Below are positions 19,455 through 41,649 of a DNA stretch of 64,000 nucleotides, in pieces. Location of the stretch: NCBI RefSeq assembly GCF_009914755.1, contig NC_060941.1. One strand, written 5' to 3'. Every line of letters begins with the position of its first letter. Position 1 is the stretch's first letter. The DNA comes from the human T2T-CHM13v2.0 reference genome, Homo sapiens. Under the pieces are notes generated by a model, which worked only from the letters and a program-made list of their open reading frames with translations, had not been told where the DNA came from and made no database searches. A program made the position numbers and the translations under genes.

Positions 19455-20059
19455 TGAATAATAGATTTACATAGATCGACATGAATAACACTCAGAAATA
19501 TAACATCCCGTCTTCAAAAAAAAAAAAACCTAGTAAGCTGTACTGAATTAATCTATCCTACCATTTAAAATTTTTGTTGAGGGTAAAATAATATTAAATA
19601 TTCCCTTTATAGCAATCCTCTTAGTGCTTTAAGTCTGCTTGTTGGGTCCTTAATTGTTTCAATTTTATACAAGGTCGTTTCCTTTCCTGCTTTCCAGCAT
19701 TTCATTAAGTTCTTGTTCAGGTCTCCAGCTAGATCAGTCTCATTGGTTCTAGCAGGTGTGGGTCTTGGTGGGTTGGTGCAAGTCCATTCACTATTTCAAC
19801 TCTTCAGAAAGTCCCGGAACCAGTCAGTTTTGCAGTTCATTCCTAATACTAAGATTGTTTCTGCTTCACTTATCTTTTTAACTTACCTCAGTGTACCAAG
19901 AAAAACAGTCATCACCATATACTATCTAGGTTGAATAAACTCCGCTTAAAAATTATTTTAGATTATTTTCCAAATAATTTACAAAATACAAGAATAAAGA
20001 GATAAAAAACTATTAAAAATTAAATAAGAACTTAAATATATAAATAAAATTTTTATGCC

Positions 20060-20987
<928 letters not shown>

Positions 20988-21937
20988 ACCCCAAATGGGC
21001 AGGAGCCTCTGAATGCAGTAACTGTTCATCAGCTGTCCTGCATGAACTTACAAATACTGATTCTAAGTTTCAAATACATCTTTGTTGGCTTCTAAATTAT
21101 TATTACTTCTGGTTCTTCTTGCACTTACAGCATCAAAACATAATGCTTTAAGAATTTTTTTGAGATCTTTGGCTCCTAATTTTGTTGAAGAGAGGATGAC
21201 CATTATATGTTCCACAGTTGCAAAACATTTTTATTTTTAGATTTGTAGATACCTTTCAGAATGATCAATTCTGTTTTTTATGGTCAATCCAATTTTTTAA
21301 TGTCTACTTCATCTATTTCTTCTGGCTATCTCTCTGTAATACCTGCCTTCAGCATCTGTCTACTTTTAAACTATATCAAGAAAATTTGGTGCACAAATGA
21401 AATAAAAGATGAAAGAATACTGTCATGTGTCCTTTTAGCAAAATGGGATGGCCTCATTTCTTGTCACAAGATATTCCACAAAGAAGACTTTCTATTGAAT
21501 AAGTAACTGAATGAAAATGCTTTGTCCTTAGATTAAAAGTATATTATTCACTCATTGATTCTTGAGTTTGAGAAAATGTATGTAGGGCATCATCATCTGA
21601 AGACACATAGACTGAGATTTTACTTATAATCATCAATTTCAGCATCTTTATTAGAGTCCTAAGTGCTCCTATCTTATTCTTTGTGTTCAACTTCTGACTC
21701 ATCTAATAATTCTAAAACAGTTTCCTCAGATTTTCTTCGTCATTCTGGCTAGAGAACTTACAAATGTTAATGCTTAATCGTATTCAATAAAATGTAGAAT
21801 GAGGTCACAAAAGATGTTAGCTCCAGACTTCTTTTATGCCTTCTTGAAAGATAACACATATCTTGCACAACACAGTAAGAAAACTGAAGAGTGATGTCAT
21901 AGTGATACTTGTTTCACTGTTTCTAAGTAATTTAGTC

Positions 21938-22784
<847 letters not shown>

Positions 22785-24459
22785 TCTTCTATTTTCTTAT
22801 TTTAATCCTTTTTAAGCATAGTTGAGAATAATTGATGAGTAATGATGTAATTTCTAGTGTGATGAAATAGCATAATGTGTCTTAGATTCATAAAAAGATC
22901 TAGTAGATCCAAATGGCAATTGTAAGATAGAATTTTATTCTATTTTTTTAAATATTGGGTTTTTTGTTTTGTTTGTTTGCTCTTTGGAAAAAGGAAAAAA
23001 GTCATGAGATATCAATTTTTATAAATAGTACTACTTAAAACAGAAACTCAGAAACTGAGATTGGGTCTAACGGACCCTAATGAGATACTGAGGATTAAAC
23101 ACTAGGCAGAAGTGAGTTAAAATGCCATATGGAGAAGCATTTTATAACATCTCAGTTGTGATAGTTACCACATGGCTACATAGGTAACTTTGGTGCTGTT
23201 TTTAAAGTTGCAAGCAATTTAAATATTAAACTACTGATGATAAAATTGAGTTAGCAAAGAATTTCCAGTTCGATATTAATTATAGCCAGCCTTTTCAGTT
23301 ATACCTTTCTCACATCCAGAAATGGCTTGATGTACTCAGCTAATGACCTCATGCAGGATATATATGTGTGTTACATGATAAAGAAAAACATCACTTCTGT
23401 AATTTTGGACAGTCCACACTGACGGAGATGAACACTTGCATATAGGTCAAACTAGTTAAATACAGAACAGCCGCTTTTGAAAGCTGTTGCCAGGGCTCAA
23501 CAGCGTCAGCTCTGTTTCTATGGAGAAAGACTTTGCAGATGTTAAAAACAGAGCTAGAAGCCAATGAATGGAAGAGGATTGTGCTGTGGAAATTTAATTT
23601 TTTTGATAAAGGGTTTATTGATGAATCAGCTATATTAGTCTGTGAACGTTAATCTTGACATCTTCTTTACCCAATTCCCAATTTCTTGGAATAAGATCTT
23701 GCTTTTATTTAAGTAACACACAATGTAAAATTTGATGTTATTGTACTGACTAGGTGGGGTAAGGGACCTGATGACAGGTAACAAGATTAGTAAGGTTCTG
23801 AAAAGGTCAGAATTGTACTGAATTATGTTTAGAACAGATTGCCTCCATGATCATTTAATCAAACAGTGTTCGTATTGTCTTTGTCCTTGTCCACATACGT
23901 GATTTTTGAGGTTGGGCTGAGAAGGAAATCATGATTCCATCAACAACATAAGGCACATTGACAGTAAAACTCATATATTATAGCAGCTTTTTGTTTCATG
24001 CTGTATAGGGCAGACAACCTTGAAGAAAAAAAAAACTTTAAAAAATAATGTAAAATTTCACAGTTTTTCAGTCACAAACAGAAGTATCCTTGTTGTCACT
24101 GAAGATGACAAGAATTAATATCCTGCTGTATAGAAGTACTTTGGCAAAGTTAAGGTTGTAGTTCCAATTCCTCATTTCCAATTTTTTCTCCAGATGGAAA
24201 GATGAACAGTTTTTGGTATTGAATTTTTTTTTAGGAAGCAAGTTATTTATCATTAGATATCTATTCAGTAAATGCAATGATACAGAAAAATGAAGTTTTT
24301 TTCCCTCAGATTTGAAATTAGGTTTTAAAATATGGAGGGAGAACAATTTGTAAGTAATGTTCAGGAACAAAAATAAAACCTAATGAAACTTTAGAAACTT
24401 TGATGGACATCTGTCATCCTACATACAATTGCATTAAAGAATAGAATTTATTATTATTT

Positions 24460-24960
24460 TATCTGGTTTATTATGCTGTAAAATGAATTTTTCTCTTTTT
24501 GTATGTAGTTTTATGAAATTTCATACATGTATAGATTCATGGAACCACTGTAAAAATCAGGATGTAGAACATTTGCATCACCCCCAAAAACTCCTTCATG
24601 CAGTCCCTTACTGGTCACCCTTTCTTTTTAGTAACCCTGGTAACTACCAATGTGTTCTCCATCCCTGTAGTTTTATCTTTTCAAGAATGTCATATAAATG
24701 GCGTCATACACTATGTAACCTTTGGGGACTGGCTGTCTTCAGCATAATGCCTTTGAGATTCATCCAAGTTGTTGCATGTGTCAAACATCCCTTTTTATTG
24801 TTGAATAGTATTTAATTGTGTGGGTGTACTATCATTTGTTTATCTCTTGACCCACTGAAGGCCAATTGGGTTGTTTTCTAGTTTGGGGCAATTATGAGCA
24901 GAGCTGCTATAAACCAAGTAGTGGAATTTTTAGGTCATATAGCATTTTATCTATTTTTTA
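24460..24960 (-). mobile_element. Old L1M (MC/ME-like) 3' fragment
   Basis: cagcataatgcctttgagattcatccaagttgttgcatgt. Confidence 0.7.
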
Positions 24961-26163
24961 TTTAAAAATATATATTCAGGGTTTGTTTTTGACCCAGTTG
25001 AATTTCCTTCAGGTCATTTTTGGAACTCTTTCTTCCTATGTCTGATGTAACATTTCATCTTTCATCTTTGTCATTTTTTTATTCCCCCTTTTCTTCAGAT
25101 TACTATAGGTATATTCTGGTATTGTAGCCCAGAATCTGTCCTGCTTTTATATTCCTCCAGCTTAATTATATGATCCATCTTCTTACGGTATCTACGGCTT
25201 GCTACAAGACTATTCTTTACTATTTGCAGAAGACGTTCAGATGTATCTTGCTATCCTTTTTTATTCAGTTGTGTATATCTTGTTCTCTATTTGGAGGCCT
25301 TTCCAAATAGATGTCTTGTTAACTCTTTAATCTTATCATGCTAGAAACAAACAAACAAAAAAAATTCCCTTGTATCTTTTCCCTTCTGCAGCTTCCTTAT
25401 CATACTACAGGGTAATTTCTTTTCTTCACTGTCAGTCTTCCACCCTACATGCAAGCAATAATCAAATCTAGCATTTGCTGTTTGGTCATCACCACTCCTG
25501 TCACCAAAATTCTCATTCTGTTTAGATTCTGCTTGCCTCATTTATGTACCATTATTTGTTTCTCACTGACCTTCCAAGTGCATACTTCTTTTCATCCTAA
25601 AGCCAAGAATAAAATCATTTTATATAAAGAGCATTCTACTTTGCAGTTCATTTACTGATGTCCTCTGTTTCAGTAGGAAGGCCTAATTCTAGATTTCAGT
25701 CTGTCATGATAGTACTATAACTTCTGCTTCTCACATTAGGTAAATTTTATTATCCCTTTTATAGGACCTTGACTGCCTCTGGGCCTTCTGTTCAGTTGAA
25801 CCCACATGCTTCTAACTTCTTAGCTATTAGACCCTCTCTTTCCCCTTTTATATGTCTTTGTTTTGGTACAGCTTCTCATACCCAAAAGCAGGTATACCTG
25901 TTAGTAAGGAGGATACAAGTTGTATTTGTAGGTGGTATGATTGTCTACCTAGGAAATTCAAAAGAGTCAGATTTTTTTAAAAACTTAGATATTATAAATA
26001 AGAGTAAAGTAGCCATATATAAAATAAATACATAAAAATATATTTCCTTCATACTTCTATACTGTTTCTGAAATATAATAGAAAAATCCCATCACAATTG
26101 CCACCAAAAAACATAGCTAGGAATCTTTATGAAGGAATGAAGGAATTTAAACAACAAAAACTA

Positions 26164-29160
<2,997 letters not shown>

Positions 29161-29215
29161 TTTATTTTTACACTTTATTTGTTTTACAACTTTTGCTCTG
29201 TTAACAAATCTACTA

Positions 29216-29562
<347 letters not shown>

Positions 29563-29701
29563 CGATTATATCCTTATCAGAGATTTAATGGATACTAACC
29601 ATATTTAATCCTCAGTCTCATTATGCTCATTTAATTTTTATTATCCGTATGTTGTCATATTTAGGTTATGTTCATTTTTTACCAGTTTTGTTAATCCCTA
29701 G

Positions 29702-29997
<296 letters not shown>

Positions 29998-30847
29998 GTG
30001 TTTTTTGTTTATAAAAGAAAAAATTTCCAGAGTGCACTTTACTCCCTGATAGGAGACTAAATTACTTAAATATAAATTTTAGAAGGTACGTGTTAAATTA
30101 ACCTAATGAATTAGTAGCATTCAGAAGTGTTTGTATCTGTTAAAGATTCAAAATATACAAACTAATTTCTTTTAATGGTGATTCTATTTCTAGTAAACTA
30201 AGGCAGAAATCATTATGCAGAAGAAACAGCACCCTGTTAACCATGTTCTTTTTATAAACCGTCTCTGTTCTCACTTTATTGTTAGGAAGGCGTAATCTGT
30301 TTTCATGTAATATAAGTACATGTGAGTCATGTTGAGTTTCTTCACTCATTTGTCCAATTCCCAGTCAACCTGTAGGTGGAGTTAACCTTTAGTTACATAA
30401 TATAACGAAACAAACATTAAACCTACTGCTTCTGGGACAGTCTTCTCACCAAAATTCAGGGAAAATGGGAGGGTGTTGCCACTGACTGACTTAATGAAAG
30501 TATCTGACAAATGTAAGGTCTTTCAAATAGTGAGATAAGAAATGTATATAAATTATTTGATCGACTACTTACTTTCTATCTATACACACACACTATCAGT
30601 ATATAATGTGTATTTTCATTTTATAGCTATTAAATATGAGGTTCTAGAATGAGTTTTCAGTTTGCAGAATTCTGAGAATCTAGTTCCAACACCTTTGAGA
30701 GGACAACAACCACAATTGCACTTGCCATATTTATTAGTCAAAATGAAGCGAAGTCAATCTGTTGAAAGCTTTGTTTTGTTTTTCTGATTAGTTTGTTTAA
30801 TAAGACATTCAAATTATGATCTTTAATATAATTTCTTCCCCTAATAG

Positions 30848-31013
30848 CTTGGTGCTAACAGTGGTTTGCACATCATCATCTTTGATGAAATTGATGCCAT
30901 CTGCAAGCAGAGAGGGAGCATGGCTGGTAGCACGGGAGTTCATGACACTGTTGTCAACCAGTTGCTGTCCAAAATTGATGGCATGGAGCAGCTAAACAAC
31001 ATCCTAGTCATTG
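30848..31013 (+). CDS. NSF: NSF-type exon 10 (166 bp), aa ~316-371, Walker B
   Basis: ctaatag|CTT... translates [55 protein letters not shown](G)|gtatgt. Its phase-0 start matches the previous exon. Confidence 0.97.
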
Positions 31014-31199
31014 GTATGTTTACTTTTTAAAAAAGTACTATTCATTCAAAAACGTTAGCCATAAGTTCTGAATTAAGATGTGTGTAGGTTGTGATTAAAC
31101 TGTTTTGCCAGTGTTTCCAAATTAGAATCCAGTGATATTGAAGAATCTATTGTAATGCCTAGGCTTAATAGGAAAAATAAAAGATGGATTTCAGTCACT

Positions 31200-31279
31200 T
31201 GTAGGTTTAAGCTTATAGCTCACCCACAGGTGAAAAAGATGTAGGTTGAAGCTTATAGCTCACCCAAAAATGAAAAATA
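31200..31279. repeat. 40-bp tandem duplication, 2 copies
   Basis: tgtaggtt(t/g)aagcttatagctcaccca...tgaaaaa at 31200 and 31240, 35/40 identical. Confidence 0.9.
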
Positions 31280-31298
31280 CACATGAAACAATGGAATG

Positions 31299-31509
31299 CA
31301 GTGGTTTTCAAACTGGGTCTTGCAGGCCTTCAGGGGTCCTCAGAGGTGCTTTCAGGGTCAGTGAGGGTCAGGGAGTGCGTTTCAGATCCTACATCACTAT
31401 TATAACTTCCTCTTTTAGCTGTTTTATGTACTGAGGTGCTTCTGAAGATGACTTCTGGGGAAAAAAAAAAAAAAACACCCTGCTGTTTTATGAAGTCTGA
31501 AAACCACTG
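31299..31509. mobile_element. hAT-Charlie-type MITE
   Basis: Perfect 12-bp TIRs CAGTGGTTTTCA (31299) and TGAAAACCACTG (31498-31509). Confidence 0.7.
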
Positions 31510-31791
31510 GCCTGTAAAAAAGAGAAGGAACTTTGGAGTCAGAGAGATCGTGTCACATTGCCCCTCTGTCACTTTGACAGATTATTTACCCTTTGAATCT
31601 TAAATTTTCTTTTTAAATACTGGAAGTTTTCATAACATTTATATTCCATTGGCTTATACAGTAGTGAAATAGTAAAGCAAAGTCTCCTTAGCTTGTTAGG
31701 GAAATTACTATTCTTACATATACTAAAAGGACATTTGATTTTATTTTTGAACTCTGATCATTTGTTGTTTTGTTTTAACATCTGTGTTCAG

Positions 31792-31866
31792 GAATGACCA
31801 ATAGACCAGATCTGATAGATGAGGCTCTTCTTAGACCTGGAAGACTGGAAGTTAAAATGGAGATAG
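31792..31866 (+). CDS. NSF: NSF-type exon 11 (75 bp), aa ~371-396, sensor 1 / arginine fingers
   Basis: gttcag|GA ATG... translates (G)[24 protein letters not shown](G)|gtaagg. Confidence 0.97.
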
Positions 31867-31974
31867 GTAAGGAGATCTGTCACTGATTGGGTGTGTGGTG
31901 GGGGGAGTGGAGGCATTTAGAGTTCATTAACAGGAACAATGTCATATGGTGTAGTATTTTTTAGAAAAGGTTTA

Positions 31975-32607
<633 letters not shown>

Positions 32608-32909
32608 GTCAGGAAAATCAGCTAAACAGATTATAAACATTATGCCAGTATTCTTTCTCTTTCCTTTCAAGCATATCAAGGGGTAGGGAAATGCTGACTT
32701 TTGGTGGAGAAGAGATGGTAAAAGGAATAAGAATTAATTGTCAACTGCTAAATCTTCAGAGTAGCAGGAAGGAAGATAATGTTTGCATCTGCCCTGTAGT
32801 AACCACTGACTCATCTACCTTAGGTCATCACCATCTGACACAGACACGTAAAGTGAAAATTTTGAAGAAGTGTTTTTAAATCTTTGTATTGTATTAAAAG
32901 TTGTAATAT

Positions 32910-33264
<355 letters not shown>

Positions 33265-33499
33265 TTATTCAGCAAATATATTGAATAGTTGATGTGTTCA
33301 AGCTATTGGGCTGGAGACATAAAGATAATTGTGAACTCTTCCCTCAAGGAGTTCAGAGTCAGGAAAATGGACATATTTTCAAATTAGTACAATAATATTG
33401 TAGTTACCATGGTAGAAATACGTACTAGGATACTTTTATTTTGATAAAGTGCTCTTGATCTTCCATCTCTTCTCTCCTTTAGGTTTTAGTTACCACCTG

Positions 33500-34830
33500 T
33501 AGACAGATTTACTGAACATATCTGTCTCCTACTTTCAGATTTGTACTAAATACCCTCACCTAGATGTTTTATCAGGTCTCAGATTTAATATTGCAAAACC
33601 AAATTTATTGTCTTTTTTACTACTTTCCTTTCTGCTCGCATTTCCCTGTTTATCCCAATTTCCCAGGCTTAAAACATCAGGATTATCTTTGATTCCTGAC
33701 ACTCTACTGTGCCCTAGGTCAAGTCACTTGCCAAATTTTTTCAGTTCTGTCTTGGCAGTGCCTTTTAGTTCTCACTGCCACTACCCACCTTCTCTTTGAT
33801 TAACCTTCCTGTATCATATCATTCAACCATTCAGACACTTTCAGTGATTCCCCATCATTTACAAAACAAAGTACAGGCTTCTTTTGGGTCTTTTGGGTCC
33901 TCTAGATCTGACCCTAACTGGCCTTTCCAAATGTGCTCCTGATTATTCTCCACATACTTCAGCCAAACTTAAATAATCACCGGTCATCAGACATTAATTT
34001 ATTTTTCAACATCTCTGCTTTGGTTTTGTTTTTTTTGCATCACTGAGGATCTTCATCCTCTACGTTTACCTGTCTTTTCAAAACCTGGCTCATATGCTAC
34101 CACTGTCCTCACACCTTTTCACATTTTCCCTTTCAAGAATGTTATACCCGTTTCCTTCTTGAAATAGTAATGTATCATTTATGGTACTGTCAGTTGACTT
34201 TGGTTCACAGTAGATTTATTCGGCATCTACTGCATGCTAGACCCTGTGCTAGGAGTTAATACCCCAACTGCAAAGAAGTAAAGTACCTACCATTAAGCTG
34301 CCCTCAGTCTAACCCTCCACGTGCAGTAACAGAAAGTACATGCAAGGCAAGAGAGTGAACGCATGTCAGATATGGTCAACTTGTGGGGTGAGAGAAACCT
34401 TCATATGCATGTCTGTTGGTAGAGCAGGGCCTTTTAGGTAGAGGGAACAACATATGCAAAGAAGCAGAGACACAGAATAGCATAGTGCGTTGGAGTAGTT
34501 TAGTATTGCTTCAGCATGGAAGTTAGGGGAGGGATGGTAGAGAGATTGTGGGGGATAAGTCAGGAGACTAAAGTAGGGATGGAGCACAAAGAGCCTTTTA
34601 TACTCTGCTAAGAAGTATGGACTTTTTTTCTGTGAGTAGTGCTAAGCCATTGAGTTTTAAGAATAGCAGTGACATAGTGTTAAAACATAAGATCACTCTG
34701 GCAGCTCTGTCGAGTGGAGTAGTTAGAGGAGTGGAGTTGGCGACACAGGACAAGAGGGGGAGCTTTTATAACAGTTCAGGCAAGAAATAAAAGCCTGAAC
34801 AGTTAGGTTGAGTATGTAGATATTTGGGTA
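33500..34830. mobile_element. L2 fragments
   Basis: L2 motifs such as aagatcactctggcagct and aagccattgagttttaag. Confidence 0.55.
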
Positions 34831-34851
34831 TATCCTATCACTGGTTCTAGA

Positions 34852-35056
34852 CCAGGAATCCAGCCAACTACCAGTTTTTATAAATAAAGGGCTTTTTTGG
34901 AACAGTACACATTAATTTGTGTACTGTCTATGGCTGCCTGCATGCTACAGTGGCAGAGTTGAGTATTTGCAATAGGGGCTGCATGGCCCACAAAGCCTAT
35001 TTTAGTGCTTTTATTTTAGGTACTATCTGCCACTTTACAGAAGTTTGCTGGCCCTT
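34852..35056. mobile_element. MER58A-like hAT element
   Basis: ctgtctatggctgc...cagagttgagtatttgcaa...tggcccacaaagcct...aagtttgctggccc. Confidence 0.7.
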
Positions 35057-35129
35057 GTTCTAGACTTTAAATCCTTATCTTATTCACCTCAGAGTCTCCC
35101 ATAGTACCCCAAATAGATCTAAATAATGA

Positions 35130-35935
<806 letters not shown>

Positions 35936-37347
35936 ATGCTATACTGTTTTAATAAGAAGAGATGGCAACTTCAAGAAAAATGATGTAAACAGTGTGAAAA
36001 CTGGTCCCTACCATACTGATCTTTCATCTCAGACCACATGGGTGCATCTTGATGTAATCCACAGTAACTAGTTTACTAGTTGTCATATTTTTCATATGTG
36101 TTGGCCATGGAATTTTTCTCTTATTTAGTCATCTGTCATTTTAACTACAATAATCCTATCCCAAAATTTCACTTTAAGCCGTTGTCTCAGTAAGAAACAT
36201 GCTTTCTTCAAGCATATATTGGGTTTATCTACATATGAGGCAATGAGGGATGGTGGGAAGATCGCAGATATCGTAGTCAGAAGGTGTGGTTATGCATTAT
36301 ATTTCTTCCACCTTTTTGTTTCTGACCTGTCAAGGGGAGACACTACCTATCTAATCAGATTTTTATGAGAATGAAAGCAAATACTTTATATAAAAGTGCC
36401 TTGTAAACTCTATAAATGCTAGTTATCTCCATTTTTTTAATTGGCTGATTTGAGAGGATATCAGTACTTTTCAATATATGAATTTCTGATTTTTATTGAC
36501 TCTTTGTAGTTACACATTTTCTAATTGTAAAGCTAAAATGTTTGTCACCCTTGTACATAATATATTATCCTTCTGATTTGCAAGTAAGCAGTAGTGCAAA
36601 TAGTTCATGTTTCCATCACTTTTTTCCACATGATAGAATTATCTGTAAGCTTCAGGTGATATGTATTGACTTGCGATCATTGCTCCTTGTACCAAACAGC
36701 TCCTAACTTTTCACCATATCAATGGAATAACTATGTAGGCACTTTAGGGATGAGAAAGCTATGTAAGACACTAACCTTACCCCCAAAAAGAAATATTACT
36801 AACATTTCATCTTCTGCATTTTAAAAAATCTGCATTGTCAGAAGGTCTTTAAAGACTATTTTTCCAATGACTCGTCCTTGGCTAAACAAAAGAAGTACAG
36901 TTTTAGTCTTCCATTGCTATAGATGTTTGTAGCTTTAATAGTGATTGATGAATAAATATTTAAATTGAAACTTATAAAGTTGTTACTGAACTTTAAAACA
37001 TTCAAAACGTACAAGTGTTATGATGTTCTTTCTTTGTATTTTAAAAATCCATTATTGGTGTTATTTTGCTTCCTTTTCAAAAGATTGAGGCCTAAAGAAA
37101 GATTTAGTCAGGTGGACTAAACAGGTCTTTCCTGTTAAACTGTTTTTTCAGGTTTTCTGAGACAAGTGGAAAATCTGGTCAGAAACACCTGTTGTTCATG
37201 TCATTTATACTTGAACCTATGATTGCGGTCAACTAAAATTCATGTGACATTTGGTTGTTTTTATCTTGAAAGGAATTTCTGCTTCAGGTTGAGAAGATTC
37301 ATAACCCAAATTTTTTCTCTAATCTGTTGTGAGGAAATAAACTGAGG

Positions 37348-37373
37348 ACACACACACACACACACACACACAC
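37348..37373. repeat. (AC)n microsatellite
   Basis: About 13 AC units. Confidence 0.9.
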
Positions 37374-38517
37374 TTTCTCTCACATACACTTTCCACCTGA
37401 GTCAAAGCTCTAAGTTATGTTTACAGAATTTCATAAAATTATTTCTTATTTTTTTGCAGAATTTTTGATTGATTAAGGTCATTCTACCCTTAATTTAAGA
37501 GGAATGATAAGAACTTTGAAAGGTCAGATTTAAAAGGTTATGAAATTTAAGGGTGACCACTTGATATTTGCTAGTGTTGAAATACAAGTTTATTAGTTTC
37601 TGCAGGTATAAGCTGAAAGATGCTGCCTCTTCTATATTGATTAGCTGTTATAAATAAAATGCAGGAAAAATGTTGCTAATTCAAACAAATGAGAAAAGGT
37701 TTTCTGAAAAAGTAAAAATTCAGAATTATAGACTTTTTAAAATTTTACAAATTTTGATAAAATGCTAAAAGTCAGCTAAGAGCAGTCCTTAGAAAATTTA
37801 TTTTAATGAGCAGGTAGGAATAATTGACAATTGGAATATTGATGGCTTACAATTATGTAACTTACAGAATTCCTTATGTGCCTGAAAACAGTTTGTTTTG
37901 AAATACTTCTTCCCCACACCCATCTTAATTCACTTTTAAGAAAGGACTCAGCAATTAATTGGGTGAGTCTTTTCTTAATAATTAGCAAAATGACAAGTTT
38001 TATACCAGCTTCAGTCCTAAAATCTATCGTATTTTTTGGCAAATTTTGAAAGATGGGCAAGATTTTTCTTTCATACTGCTGTATGTATCTATCATTTGAA
38101 TTCGGTTTTACTGTAAGAGAATCAGAATGCAAAATATTATGGTAAAAACCTAGGCCTGTGTAGGAAAGAGGTGTTTAAAGTGAGGCTGGTAGCTTTGTTG
38201 AGATTTTAATGTTTCGGTCAGAGCTCTTGTCTTCCCTTTGGCCTGAGAGTTTGTATCTTGTAGAATCCTTTCAGATGTATCAAAAAGTTTGAATCAGAGT
38301 TAAAACTTTTATATAAGGGTATCTAGGAAGGAAGTCCTGTATCTGCCTTTTATAACTTATGGAAACCCCCAGGTTTGTATAAGTATAAAATGAGATAATG
38401 TGATATGGTGAAATGAGATAGTGTGTATGAACATACTTTATAAACTATAAAGAACTGTAGACATTTGTATATTATTAATTATCATAATTCTTTCACGGAT
38501 ATGCTTGTTTCCTGTGA

Positions 38518-39246
<729 letters not shown>

Positions 39247-41346
39247 AATAATTTAAATGTTAATTGTTCTATTGAAGTAAAATATTTGTCTCTTTGTTAC
39301 TTTTTACTTTATTTTTAAAAGTATAGAAGTTATAGATGATGGCTTTCTTTTTGTAAAAGATTCAAGAATGTCAAAGCATATAGGGAAAAATGAGAAAGGC
39401 CATCTCTAACACCACTTTCCTTTCCCTCTCCAGAGTTAGCCAAAATTTGGGATATATCTTTGAAGTTTGTTTTCTTTATATAATATTTACATTCATATAC
39501 GTATGTGCTTTTTTAAAAAAATGAACATTAATGGAATTATACTGCAGTTTACATTTTTCACTTGCAAATATTCCTTGGATAGCTTTCTGTGTCAGTGTAT
39601 GTAAGTCCCCTTCATTATTTTGGACAAATGCAGAGTATTCTAGAATATTGCCACATAATGGAAAATATAAGATCCATGAACACAGGGACCTTTTCTGTTT
39701 TATTTACTGCTATGACTCCAGTTCCTCAGATAGTGCTTGGTGTCTGGTAGGTATTCAGTAAATAGAATTAATGAATAATTTATTTAACATATGGATTATT
39801 TCTGGTTGTGGCTGTTGAAAAAATACTGTTGTGAAAATGCTTACTTGCCTCCCTGTGCACACAAGGAATCATTTTCTAGGGTAGCCATCCAAATGTCTTT
39901 TCAAAGACATGGTTTCATTGTCTTCTAGTTTCTAGTGTTGCCAGTGAGAGTTATCATACCAATCTCGTTCTGGTTTCTTTGCAGGAAACCTGTTTTGTCC
40001 CTCAGAAAGGTTCTAGGACTTTCTCTTCACCTTTGGTGCTCTGAAAGTTTACAGCAGTGGGTCTGGACAGATGTGTGCTTCTTTTCATTTATCCCGATCA
40101 TCACTCACTGAACCCTTTAAACTGCAGAGGCACACCTTTCTTCAGCTATAGGAAATTTTTTTCTCTTCTGTCTTTTATTGTTTCTTCTCTATGACTCTTT
40201 CTGTTCTCTCCTTCTGAGACTCCTGTTAGATCACAGTTAAAACTTATGGATATTTCTTTCATGCTTTGTAGCCTTTCTGTCTCACTTTCTGTCATTTTGT
40301 GGGATTTGGGGCGGAAGGGAAGATAAATAACTGTGTTCTGTTTGCCATCTTCACCCAGCTTCCTGCCATAGTTCTTTTTATCCCACAAGGATGACTTTTT
40401 TTTATATCTGTCACTTCATTTGTCTCACAGTCTCTTCCTAAAAAAAATATGACTCATATTTCATAATAATTGATGGAAGGTTGATATTTATTTAACATGC
40501 GTTTGTTTTATAGTCAGCTTTTTTTGAAAATGCTTTTTTTTTCAAAGCCATGATACCAATTTAAAAATTAGGCTGTGTTGTTTTGTGCTATTGGTAGTGA
40601 GCCCAGTCGCTTTAAAACACGTGTTGGTATCTTAATCACTCATCTGGTCCAGGCAGCTCCAAGTGCTGATAAAGGCCTTGATGCTTCTCCAGATGTCTAA
40701 ATGCTAGCTCCAGGTGCAGTAAGCAGACTATTTGGAGCTGGCACATAGATTCTGAAGCACAATGTATTAATACAAATGAAAGTTTTAGGTTCTTGGTCTC
40801 CTAGAGTAATGGTTCTTAAGCCTGGTTCAGTACCAGAATCACCTGTGGTACTTGGTAAAACTATAAAGACCCTCTAATAGGCCTGTTAAATCAAAATCCT
40901 GTGGGGAATGGGACTGAGCGCCTGTATATCTCTGAAGGCTCTGGAGGTTATTCTGATATGCAGCCAAGTATGGCTGTGTTTTCATTTCTGTATATATTTT
41001 CTTTTTGTATGGATTTTTCACTGTTCTTACTCTCTGTATGTATTTTTTCTTACTCATGCCTCATGAGTTAAAATGGCTATACAGTGTCCCTTGGTACAGA
41101 TGTGTTCTAATTTACATAACTGATCCCCTCTTGGTAGACATTATTAATATGCTTCCCATCTTTTTTCATAACAAGTTACTTTAGTAGATATACTTGTACA
41201 TATAACTTTGTACACATTTGTGAATATATTTAGGGGATAAATTACTAGAAGTGGACTTGTTCAGAGGATATATATATTTGTGAATTTGAGAGATGTGTTT
41301 TCTTTGATTCCAATTTTTAAAATTGTTTTAAAATGCCCATAAAATT

Positions 41347-41644
41347 GTCCGGGCGTGGTGGCTCACGCCTGTAATCCCAGCACTTTGAGAGGCCGAGGCG
41401 GGTGGTCACAAGGTCAGGAGATCAAGACCATCCTAGCTAATATGGTGAAACCCTGTCTCTAGTAAAAATACAAAAAATTAGCCGGGCGTGGTGGTGGGCA
41501 CCTGTAGTCCCAGCTACTCGGGAGGCTGAGGCAGGAGAATGGCGTGAACCTGGGAGGTGGAGCTTGCAGCGTCCGAGATCGCGCCACTGCACTCCAGCCT
41601 GGGGGACAGAGTGAGACTCCGTCTCAAAAAAAAAAAAAAAAAAA
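41347..41644 (+). mobile_element. AluY inserted in an L1MB-like element
   Basis: AluY diagnostics. Flanks ccataaaatt are repeated. Confidence 0.9.
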
Positions 41645-41649
41645 CAGAA

